NCBI RefSeq assembly: GCF_036321535.1
Contig: NC_087437.1
Location: forward strand, 6,510,001-6,574,000
Reading direction: 5' to 3'
Length of the DNA stretch: 64,000 nt
DNA from: Camelus dromedarius
Lineage: Eukaryota
Of the stretch, positions 11,851-22,415 are shown piece by piece; within the stretch, counting starts at the first letter, position 1; every line of letters begins with the position of its first letter. The notes below the pieces were generated by a model. That model had not been told where the DNA came from. It did not search any database and worked only from the letters and a program-made list of their open reading frames with translations. The position numbers and the translations under genes are program-made.

Positions 11851-12221
11851 TATATTTAGAGACTTGTCAACCAAACATGAGCCATTTAAGCAGTGGCTGT
11901 GATGAAAAATCTTACATTCTCAGGCATTTACTGTACGTTTCCATTCTGTGAACTGCTCGTAGGTAGGGAACAGGATGGACTTGTGACTGCTGAGTGACTG
12001 AGCTGCAGGCAGCGTATTACATTATCCCGCCATTCTGGGGAGAGGCTTAGGTTAACCCTTAGATCTTGCCTCTTCCTGTCCTTTTGCCTAACTTCTGTGA
12101 TACTTTGGGGCCTTTGAAAGACTAAGATGGCTGTCATCTTCCTTCTCTGCTCTGCTTCACCTCCATTTATCCTGAAGGAGATTTCCGGAACAAACTGTGT
12201 CCAAGTTATATGTATCTTTTA

Positions 12222-12323
12222 TTTTTTATTTTATTTATTTTCCCTGAATGGAGGCACTGGGGATTGAACCCAGGACCTCGTGCACACCAAGCATGCACTT
12301 CACCACTGAGCCATACCCTCCCC
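12222..12323 (-). mobile_element. tRNA-Ala-derived camelid SINE (vic-1 type), short form
   Basis: tggaggcactggggattgaacccaggacctcgtgcac...ccactgagccataccctcccc; perfect 15-bp TSD tatatgtatctttta 12207-12221 / 12324-12338. Confidence 0.9.
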
Positions 12324-13625
12324 TATATGTATCTTTTAGGTCACATTTAGGAATACTGGAGTTTAAAGCATTGATCTAAGGCCAGTCTTCCAATTTGGCA
12401 ATTAAAGGTAGTTTCTGAACACGTTTGTGGTTGACCACTGCATTTCACTTCCCCAAGAAAGACATCAGAAAGATTTTTATGTCTATTCGGGTTGTCAAAA
12501 ATTGCTATAAGCATATAGATTTTCTTGTCTTATCCAATCTGTCCAAACTCAGTCAACAAAGACCGAGACAATATAAGGAATAGATATTTTATACAAAAGA
12601 AAAATTGCCAAACAGGTAGGCAACAGTGAAGCCATGATCATTACCTCTTTGAAAATTCTACCATGACCACAATATGCCTTTTTATTAGCTTTGTACACGC
12701 TGTGTGACTTTCACAATATTCCCAAATCAGTATTTTCTCCTTCAGCTCCCAGAGAAAATAGAGATACGCAAATGATGGCTCTCTAAATATCTATGGAGAA
12801 TAATCACAAAGTCTTAAGGTGTTTCCTTAGGGGAAAGCATCCTCTCAGCTTCTGTTGGGACAGAAATAACCATGATGTTTCTGGCAGGTAGTAGTTCATA
12901 AAATAAATATGGTTGCTAAGATGTCAACAACTCAACTCTTGATATCCAAGCTGTTAGAGATTGCCTGTTCATATCTGTCTTCCAGGAGAAATAATAACTG
13001 TAGCACTTTTCTTTCAATGATACTTCACAGTTTTCAAAGTACTTTCATCGGTGGTGGTGTAGGCAGGATGGGAGATGTCTTGCAGGAACTGGGTATTTTT
13101 ATCCTGAGAGTCAGATTATGGGTTCCTTCTCCACACAGTAGAAATCTGCTGCTCTGTGTTAGCCATTAAGTTATCTCTGAACTCCAAACCTGGCCTTTGC
13201 TTTGTGATCCTGAGGCTGAGGCCCTGCAAAGAGCACTTGGCTTCATAAACTGATTGCCTGTAAGCTCTGCCAATAGGGGGCACCAGAGGTGGAGGAGGAA
13301 AGGGGACTTGCTTCTTCCTGTTCTGGTTTGGCTTCTTCTTTCTGTGAACATAACCCTAGCAATGCTTTTTCACCTGGGCAGGGGCACTTCCTTTCTAGGG
13401 CAGCATCAGGATCCAGTTTGCAGTTTCTCCAACACTTGTAAAATCTGCACCGCTCTCTCTTCAGAGATGCCGGCACATGTTGACTGGAGCCCCCTCCTCA
13501 GGAGTTTAGGTCTCAGCCACCAGGACCCTCCTATGAACTCAGGGACACCAGGACTAGGTGAGCAGTGCCCTCTGCTCTGAGGCCTGAGCTTCAGTCTCAT
13601 AAAGCCCCTTTTCTAAGTCAGTTTT

Positions 13626-14196
13626 TTTTTTTTTAAATTGACCGATAGTTGGTTTACAATGTTGTATAGTTTCTGGTGTACAACAAAGGGATTCACTTAC
13701 ATACATACTTTTTTTCATATTCTTTTCCATTATAGGTTATTACAAGATATTGAATATAGTTCTCCATGCTATACATTAGGTCTCTGTTGTTTATCTATTT
13801 TATATGCAAGAGTGAGTGTATGTTAATCCCAAACTCCTAATTTATCCATTCCCTCCTTTTTCCCCTGGTAATTGTAAGTCTTCTATGGCTGTGAGTCTCT
13901 TTCTGTTTTGTAAATGAGTTCATTTGTATTATTTTTTAGGTACCACATATAAGTGATATCATGTGATATTTGTCTTTCTCTGTCTGACTTCACTTAGAAT
14001 GATAATCACCAGGTCATCTATATTGCAGCAAATGGCAAAATTTTATTCTTTTTTTATGGCTGAGTAATATTCTATTGTATAAATATACCACAACTTCTTT
14101 ATCCAGTCATCTGTTCATGGACATTAGTTTGCTTCCATGTCTTGGCTGTTGTAACTAGTGCTGCCATGAACACTGGGGTGCATGTGTCTTTTAAAA
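13626..14196 (-). mobile_element. LINE-1 3' fragment (artiodactyl-type)
   Basis: Poly-T, atagttggtttacaatgttg...gatattgaatatagtt...ttttatggctgagtaatattc; TSD aagtcagtttt 13615-13625 / 14201-14211. Confidence 0.9.
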
Positions 14197-14331
14197 TTCC
14201 AAGTCAGTTTTAATAATTTTAACCTCTTCTCTTTATCCCCTCAGCCCTATGGGCAGTAGCTGTTTCCCAAAATTGTTAACTCCAAGATACCTTAAGATTC
14301 TCTTTTTTATCTTTATATTTACTCAGTTAAC

Positions 14332-14477
14332 CTTTTTAAAAAAAATTGAAGTATAGTTGGTTTACAATGTTATGTTACTTTCTGGTGTACAGAATAGTGA
14401 TTCAGTTATACATATACATATATGTATTCTTTTTCATATTCATTTCCATTATAGTTTATTATAAGATATTGAATGTA
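14332..14477 (-). mobile_element. LINE-1 3' tip
   Basis: aattgaagtatagttggtttacaatg...gatattgaat; TSD tcagttaac 14323-14331 / 14478-14486. Confidence 0.85.
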
Positions 14478-15279
14478 TCAGTTAACTCATCTTTTTATTA
14501 AAGAAATCTGTTTGAATAACTGCCTTTGGAGCAGATTCTGACTTATATGTGTTCTGAATTCCTGTGTCAGAGAAGTGGCTTGCTAGTACTGGTGTGACTT
14601 CAAATTCATGATGTAAAGATTCAATGAGGGGGCTGAGAAATAATTCTTTTGACTATGCCAGAGCCATTCACATGCTGGCTAGGAAAAGTTTGGATTGGTG
14701 ACAAGAATGACAAAATCCTTTGGGAAGTTGGGAGGGCAATGATATTCAGGACTGGGCATGTTGGGAAAAGGGTGAAAAAACTCAAGACAGGATCACCTGT
14801 GTTGCCGCTTCTTTATGAGTTTGCCCCCATCTCAATGGTCACTACCATGAGAATGACTAATGACTTTGTAAGTTCATGCTATAGCAAACTCTAAGTGTTG
14901 CATGCTAGAGAAAATAAGAGACAATTATTTTCAACAGCTGAAAAATTTTAGGCATCTCCAAGAAAACAATTTATTGGGAGGAAGGGGACTTTTCTTGCAT
15001 CCCTGAAAATTGTCTAAACGGTGGAACCTACCATACCTACGTGCAAAATTGACCCTAATTTTTATAGATTATTAAAGTTTGTAAGGCTTTTATAGGTTCT
15101 TATTTGTATTTATTTCTTTTAGTTAGTATTTATTTCTAAAGAAAAATCTCTAAATCACTCAATAAATATATGAATATGTTTTTAAAAATTATCTGTACAG
15201 AAGCATTTAGAATAAAAAAGTAGGATGGTCTTTCTTCATAAGGCCAATTCTCCCAACACCTGTTATGTGTCTTGTCTCC

Positions 15280-15585
15280 TTGAATCCTCTACAACCATGA
15301 GAGACAAGTGCTGTTAGCCCCCATTTAACAGATATGTGAAATGACACTCAAAGACTTGTCCAAAGCATCCCAGCTATAGAGGAAGCGTTCACACCGATTT
15401 TCCTGGTAACATTCCGGTTTATGACTGTTGTCCCAGAGACATTATTTATAACACTCCCTTTTACTCACAAATATCCTGACTTGGATAATAAATTCTATGG
15501 TCACCTGATCCAATTAGTAAGCAAAAGAGCTGGGATTTGAGCTCAACCAAGTCCTGTGCATCTTCCACTGCCCTACACCGCCTCA
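15280..15585 (-). mobile_element. MIR SINE split by MER94
   Basis: cccatttaacagat...gacttgtccaaagcatcccagcta / agtaagcaaaagagctgggatttga. Confidence 0.65.
15378..15507 (-). mobile_element. MER94-like hAT-Blackjack MITE
   Basis: ccggtttatgactgttgtccc...ttggataataaattctatggtcacct. Confidence 0.65.
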
Positions 15586-15764
15586 GAGCCTCCCAAACCA
15601 GCTAGAATGGTGTTGAATTTCATGGTACAAGACATTTGCACCACTGGAACTGTGGTGGTCCAGGTGGTCCAGGTGTCAGCCTAAACTTCTTAGGCTACAT
15701 AGAAATCAAATATTTTCTAGGCTATTATTTCCCCAAACTATGCAAATAACCTTAGAAGACACAT

Positions 15765-16340
15765 CAAGTAGACGAAAACAAAACTCAGACTGGCTTAAGT
15801 AGAAAAGGAGACTTGTTGGCTCATACAATTGGAAGTTCAGAGGTTGGGTGAGTTTCACTAATGTTTGATCTAGTTCCTGGATGTTATCAAAGACTAGTTT
15901 CAGTATTTTTTTCTTCCCTGTTTCACTCTACTATACGGTTCTAGTTTTATTCCATGACTGGCTTTCTTTGTGGTTGTAAGGTGGCCGCCAGCAGTCATCA
16001 AGGTGACATGTTTCCACTCCCACATCCAGATAGAGAAAAAGGTACCTCTTCCCCCAACCAGTGAACAAAAGCCTTGCTCTTTGCATCATTTGGATTACCC
16101 TGAACCAGTGATGGTGAGGAAGTGCTGTGTACTGATCCGTTTACAATTGGATCACTCACCATTCCTAAACCAATCGTCATGTTGAGGTTGATGTGGAGGT
16201 GGGGTGGGATGATTCTGATTTGTGTACCAATCAGGATTCACTCACTTCTGTGACTGAGGATGAGACTTATGGCCCCCAGAGCTCATGAACAGTATGAGGA
16301 GCCCATAAACCTGGAAAGGGGGAAGTGGATCCTAGATAAG
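15765..16340 (-). mobile_element. MaLR LTR (MLT1K/L-like)
   Basis: aactcagactggcttaag...ttgttggctcat; cctgaaccagt, cctaaaccaatc and tctgatt motifs. Confidence 0.55.
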
Positions 16341-16797
16341 TTACCAATGAATGCCCTTTGGTTACCCAGAGCCCATGTGTACCCTCTTCCCATTCATCCT
16401 CTCAGAACATCTACGTTTCCCACTAGAGACAACACGAAGATTTAGTGCATTGGCTCCAAGGTTTGATTCTCTGGGTGATGTGGGGTCTGCTCCGTCATGT
16501 CTGGGTGAAATGTCTCATGGTCTAAGGACTCTTGATAATAGTATGGTACCCACATACAACACAGCCCGGAGAAGATGATGAAGGAAGAATAGGCTGGCTG
16601 GAATTTTAAAAATCCAATCTGGAAAACTGAAGAATGAGAAACAACTCGTAATAGTCCTCAGTCCACAAGGATATCCCTTCTGCTGGACAGAAATGGTGAG
16701 AACTGCCTTCCACTAGTGTGTCCTATGGGTGGTCATGTTGGCTGCCCACGGTCTTCTCTTTGGGAGGCTGCCCCTTGTCCACTGTCTTCCATCTGAT

Positions 16798-17061
16798 AAG
16801 CAGCAGGTTTTGGGGGTTAAGAGTAAAGGCTCTGGAGTCAGAATGCCTGGGTTGAAGTAACTGGCTTTCCCACTGTCTAACTGTATGATCTTTGGCAAAT
16901 TTCTTAAAGTCATTGTGCTTCAGTCTCCTCAGATGCAAAATGGGGACAATCATAGTACTTACCTTTTGGGATTAGTAAGCATGTAAGGAGGGAATGAAGG
17001 CATGCACAATGCTTAGAATGTTGCCTAACACATCAAGTGCCCAAGAAACGTTATGATTATT
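16798..17061 (+). mobile_element. MIR SINE, near full length
   Basis: ggttaagagtaaaggctctggagtcagaatgcctgggttgaa...ttcagtctcctcagatgcaaaatggggacaat...tgcttagaa. Confidence 0.8.
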
Positions 17062-18659
17062 TCAGGTGTGCCTTTGGGGAGGAAGCTCTTTCTGAGGGCT
17101 TCTTTGTCAATAGAGCTTCCTTCATTATTTAATAGGCTTCTGGCTTAATTGTTTCTGGTCAGTTCCATAGTCAGATATCTGGCTAGTCAGAGATCAGATT
17201 CATAGTCCTTGAGTTTGGGAAGGATGTTTTCTGAGCCTAGGTATTAGCTTATGTGGAACTGGGCATAATTTTCAACCCTATTTGTATAGAAACAAAAGTA
17301 TCTCAGATCATTTCACTCATGTGTATGACTAGTTAGATCTTGTTTCTTTGCTTTCTCTTGAACCAGACCTTCCACTAGGAGTACCCATTGTCAGCTAGGT
17401 CCATGGCGGACGTTTGCCAAACAGCACGTCAACCCTATGGTGAAGTTGGAAGGGTAAATCCCCAGTCACCAGGGCCCACACACTCTGCTCTACTGGGGCT
17501 GGTGTCGTCTTGCTGACTGTACGATTGTGAGCCTTCCATCATCTATCTTTTCTTACCCAGGTTGATAGAGGCAGTTCATAGGCAGAAAAATTCTCATGAC
17601 AACATGTCAACCACCAACAAAATGGGCATCTGTCTTGTCCTATTTATGGCATTACACCAGGCATCATCCCCTTCCATTGCCATGACTCCAGCTCTAGCTG
17701 AAGTTTGGGCTGCTCTGTAAGACTTTTTTTAAAAATAAAGATCTATGGGGAGAAAATATGAAGACAGGCATAGACATCGATAAAAGGCCTTATTTTGTAC
17801 GCATTTTCATGTGTCACGCAGACGAACCATGAATTCTACTTTCCCCCATTTTCCTATAAAACTACATACACCGCACTGTACATGTAAAACAAATTTGGAA
17901 AGGAGCCTCAAGCTGGCCTCTGAAATTGTGTAAGCAATTATCACATTTTTGTGCGCAAATGCAGTAATTATATGTGTAATTTGGCAGCTGGGTTTGAAAA
18001 TTTGGCCTTAAATGGAACATAGACAGGAAAAATAAATGTTGGGAAATGCCAATATTTTATAAAGATTTTGAATCAAATAATGGTGGAATTATTGCAAGCC
18101 ATCTTAATTTTTAATTATAATGATCATTACACAATATACAATAATTTTTTTTGAGGAAGAAAAGAACTATAGATCAATTGCCCATCGTTTTTGTCAGGAA
18201 AAATGCCTCAATTCTTAGGGAGGATAATTGTATTTTTCAGAGGTTATGGTACATATTTCAAAGGCTTTTTTTTCCTTACGAAGAAAAGATAGTGATTGCC
18301 TACAAGTTCAAGTTCTATGACATATTTTACTATAAGAAGAAAGGGACTCTTTGTGCCGATTACTTCAGAGAAAGAGCATTAACTCTGTGCTTATATCTGA
18401 GCCAGTAATCTTAAATTCGGTAAAGGTTTCTTATAAGCATAAAGTTTTGGAATTTAAGATTATAACCTAAGGGAAGAGTAATTCACATTTCTCTGTCTAG
18501 ATTTAAATTGAACTTTTGGGGGCAAAATCACAGTCTCTCTGTTGCGACTGAGATTGAATCTGGTGCACGTGGCTTTCTCATGTGGTTATGAAGGCTGGTG
18601 ACTTGGACATGATTTAAGGATGACCCTGGAGCAGTGTTATCTTCCCCGGTTGGTAGGCT

Positions 18660-18900
18660 CATGTAGAGGTTGACCCTGCAAGGTCTGGAGCCAGCCAACC
18701 TGGCTCTACCACTCTGTTAGCCCTGTGACCTTGAGCCAGTTACTTAATCCTCAGCCTCTCTGCACCTTAGTCTCCTCATTTGGAAAAATGGGGGTGGTAA
18801 CATGCCCACCAAATAGAGCCATCACGAGCACAGAAGGAGCTAATCAGTCATATTTGGTATGGTGTCTGACACTGGTGAACCTTCAAATGATAACTAATTT
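18660..18900 (+). mobile_element. MIR SINE
   Basis: tctggagccag...ctgtgaccttgagccagttacttaa...ctcctcatttggaaaaatgggg. Confidence 0.75.
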
Positions 18901-18904
18901 TTTT

Positions 18905-18988
18905 GTTCATTTTATTTTATTTTTTTGTGGGAGGAGGTAGTTAGGTTTACTTATTTATTTATTTATTTAATTGATGGAGGTAGTGGGA
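18905..18988 (-). mobile_element. 5'-truncated camelid vic-1-type SINE (tail only)
   Basis: gggaggaggtagttaggtttacttatttattt...gatggaggtagtggg matches the tail of the copies at 8246 and 43228. Confidence 0.75.
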
Positions 18989-19204
18989 CCAATTTGTTTT
19001 TGATCATCATTTGCTATCCAGTGTTGAACCCCAGTCATGACTAAATGAGGAGGAGGGATAATCCAACTCAGAAATGAAATGTGAAAGCAAGAGAAAGTCA
19101 GAAAGGTACTTGGGAAATCCAGGTTCTGCATGATGAGATAATGGCCCCAAAAGAATGATGAAGGAAGACAGAATGGGCAGAGCTATCGGACTTCAACTCT
19201 GTAG

Positions 19205-19720
19205 CAAACTACTGAGAGCCTTTCAGGACTGTGCTAAACTAGGGCATAAAGGAAGATTCAGAAAGCCTCTCTCGGAGCCTGCAGTCTACAGAGGGAATGA
19301 GGTGCGTACTTAAATGACTATAATGCGTGATGCAATATAGTCAGTGCTAAATTCCAGGAGGAAATAAACAAACGAGATGCTCTGGGCATTTAAAAAAAAG
19401 GGGAAGGGGAGGGAAAATGTGCAGGTAGTATTTTCTTCTTTCTTTTAAAGTCATGCAAATCTTCTTAGAATAGGTAATTTTGAGGCAGGCATTGGAGGTT
19501 GTGGAGATTTTGGTTAAGCTGGCATAATAGGGCTGGAGATGAACCCAGTGAAGAAGATAACAAATGAGGCAGAGACAAGGGGATGAGGGGCACCCATGGA
19601 TACCTGGGGCATCCATCCTGGTTGGGGATCATGGAGACAGGCCATTGAAGGAAACATGGGTATATCTGGGAGCCTCTGAATGACATGGCGGGGATGGTTA
19701 CAGAGCAGAGAATCACTGCT
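19205..19720 (-). mobile_element. L2 LINE remnant
   Basis: tactgagagcc...caggactgtgcta...ggagcctgcagtcta antisense L2 3' region. Confidence 0.5.
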
Positions 19721-20239
19721 TTGGGCAGGACTGTAAATTCAGGAGCAGGAGGAAGGAAGGATTCTTGCTTTCCACATGGAGGAAGTCTCTTGCTCCCCAA
19801 TGCGTGAACTTGTAACAGAGGGATTCACTACTGTTGACCATGTCAGCTTCATCCACTCTGAGGGGCATATATAGTAGTAAGTCCTAAACACTTTAGTATG
19901 AGTGAGCTTGAAGATATTTTCACACTTCTCAGGGTTGTGGTGAGGACTAAATGTTGCTGTGTGCTCAGGAATGGGTAGTTATTACTAATTACAGGATCAG
20001 CCTGCAGGGTTTGGATATGTGGAGGAAACATCCTTATATGGATCTACTGGTGTGGCGTGGTGACTAAAGACAGGCTGAATCTACTTTGGGCTGTTATGTA
20101 GTTGTGTGAGAATGGGTAAAATGCATAAAGTGCACCGTAAGTTTGCATGTGCCCCATCCAGGGGGACTGAAAAAAATGATTAGTATGGTTATGTGTCATT
20201 GAGCCTAAGCAGCGGACGGGAGTTTGGGGTGTTAAATTA

Positions 20240-20490
20240 TTTTAAATTTTATTTTTTATTGAAGCGTAGTTGATTTACAATGTTAGTTTCTGATGTACAG
20301 CATAGTGATTCAGTTATACATATATATTTTCTTTTCAGATTCTTTTCCATTGTATGTTATTATAAGAAATTGAATATAGTGTCCTCTGCTATATAATGGG
20401 ACCTTGTTGTTTATCTACTTTATATACAACAGTGTGTATCTTTTAATTCCATACTCCTAATTTATCCCTCCCCCTGCCCTTTCCCCTTTG
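20240..20490 (-). mobile_element. LINE-1 3' UTR fragment (artiodactyl-type)
   Basis: ttttattgaagcgtagttgatttacaatgtt...gtacagcatagtgattcagttatac...ctcctaatttatccctccccc. Confidence 0.9.
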
Positions 20491-20875
20491 GGAGTAAAAT
20501 TTTCAGGTGACAGGTGGCCAATGAGGTTTTGGTGAAATTCAGGAGAGGGGAAGAATAGGAAAGTTCCAGGTGGGAGCTTTGACATGAAAAGTCAGGTCAT
20601 GCATAAAACCCGAACTTCTCCAGTTTCCGTGTTTTGAGGAGTATAAAATAGAGCTTAATTCCACATTTGCAAACAAACTCCCCATATATTTATTTTCTAA
20701 ACTTTTAGTAAATGGCTGTAGGTGCTAGGCACTGTTCTAGCTTACTGGAAACACAGCATCCAACCAAAGAAACCAAGTCAGTGCTCTCACGGGGTTTAAA
20801 TTTCACCGGGGGAGATAACTGATGACAAGCAACAGGGAGAAATAAAGCAGGGTCAGGTCAGGGTTTGGAGTGTAG

Positions 20876-20878
<3 letters not shown>

Positions 20879-20918
<40 letters not shown>

Positions 20919-20922
20919 CGTG
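20879..20922. repeat. Compound microsatellite (TG)16(CG)5TG
   Basis: Read directly from the sequence. Confidence 0.97.
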
Positions 20923-20924
20923 TT

Positions 20925-21515
20925 TGCGTGTATCTCTTAGATTCCCTAGAACACAGAGCCTGAGACAAAGCTGACATCCTAGCACTTTGGGGAGGTGCAA
21001 TCTCAGGGTTGTGAAAGTAAGGGAGAAGGGAATGCTCAGCAGAAAAATCAGGGAAACAAATAAGAGGTGGTGCTTTTTTAAACTGGTCATAGCCTAAGAG
21101 GAAAAAGGTGGGTCCCTCAGGACATTCCCAGAGAGCCCACGCGGAGCTCTGTACTTGGGGAAGGAAGAGAGAGCAATTTGGTTTGATCTCCTGCCATTTC
21201 TGGTCTCTCGCTGATCAAAGTTCACCCAAGTGAGTGTTCTACTTCCGGTTGGTGTTACCTCACCTCTCTGGGCAGCTGCTGGGGAGGCTGGAACCCTCAC
21301 GGGTCCAGCTGGGTCAGACCCGCATTCAGGAGCTGCCAGAGGGGAAGTTGAGCCAGGCGGCCGCGGCGAGAGATGAGGAGATGGTGGGTACATCAGGGCT
21401 TTGCTCATATGCATCACGCTGGCTGGGGCTCCTCCACCTGCAGGATAGGGCAAGCGAGTGATGCCTGGGAACAGATGCAATGGAACAGATCTGCAGAGGC
21501 ACATAAATCGGATCC
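20925..21515 (-). mobile_element. ERVL solo LTR (LTR16-like)
   Basis: ttagattccctagaacacagagcctgagacaa...ggggaggtg antisense LTR16-type 3' end; tgatcaaagttcaccc...acttccgg. Confidence 0.55.
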
Positions 21516-22376
21516 AGGACTCCTCCTCTGTTAGGTATGGTGGCCAGACCTCCCTGAAAAGGTGCTGTTCGAGCAGAGTTCTGAAGCAAGTGAGAGAGAC
21601 ACCCACATGGCTATCTGGCAGAAATCTATTGTAGGCAGAGGGAATATCGAGTGCAAAGACCTTCTTGAGGCAAGAGCAGAAGGTGAGAGCATAGATATTT
21701 GAAGAGCAGGAGGAAGGCAGTGAGGCTGGACTTAGAATCATTGAGGGCAGGCATGGGTGGGAGGAGATGAGCTCAGAAAGGCAGTGGAGGGCTTTCTAAA
21801 CCGTGATCAGTCTTTGGTGTTTACTCTCGGTGAGAAGAAAGCAAAGGAGGGACGGGATGTGACTTACATTTTAAAAAAATCTTCTGGTTTCTGGTAGAAA
21901 ATGGATTATAGAGGGGAGGGGGTGAAGGAAGACGCTGGGAAGTCAGCTTGGAGACTCTAGGCCAGGTGGTGGCTGTGGAGGTGTGAGCTGCTGGATTCTA
22001 GTTATGTTGAATTAGGGCTGTCGCAGTTTGTTGATGGTGAGAAGAGAAGAGAAATCAAGGATGATTCTAAGAATCTTGGCCTGAGCCAGAAGAGCAAAGA
22101 GAAATGAGTCTCACGGAGGCCAAGTTCATTTCTTTTGGTAGGACTTACCTATTTTGCCAATAAGAAGCTGTCACTGAGCAGGAGCCTCCATTGTAAACCA
22201 TTGCAAGTTGAGTTCACCGATGATGCATAATATGTTCAACTAATTTCTATATTTTAGATTCATTCCATACAAGTAGATTGAAATTTAAAATTTCCATTAT
22301 GCATTAAGTCTGGTTATAGTATCTCTATTAAGAATAAAGGCTTAATTAGCCCTAGAAGTAGTAAGTTGCCTAAGTG

Positions 22377-22378
<2 letters not shown>

Positions 22379-22414
<36 letters not shown>
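22379..22414. repeat. (GT)18 microsatellite
   Basis: Read directly from the sequence. Confidence 0.97.

Positions 22415-22415
<1 letters not shown>

Larger units (their letters stand above)
13157..14545 (+). mobile_element. ERVL solo LTR (LTR41/LTR33-like) interrupted by two L1 insertions
   Basis: tgtgatcctgaggctgagg...ctctgccaatagggggcac...ggaggaggaaaggggacttgcttcttcctgtt; resumes after the L1s, ending near tattaaa...ctgtttgaataact. Confidence 0.65.
20690..22090 (-). mobile_element. L2 LINE remnant split by a microsatellite and an ERVL LTR
   Basis: tgctaggcactgttctag...; resumes at ~21530 with tcgagcagagttctgaag..aggcagagggaa..agtgcaaagac; ends tcaaggatgattctaag..tggcctgagc. Confidence 0.65.

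Noticed and set aside
15653..15674. ggtggtcca tandem duplication
   Set aside because: Only about 2.4 copies of a 9-mer; an ordinary slippage event with no array structure.
21094..21741. Longest ORF in the track (215 aa, - strand)
   Set aside because: It spans an L2 remnant and an ERVL LTR, has low-complexity S/P/L composition and no recognisable domain; a chance ORF.
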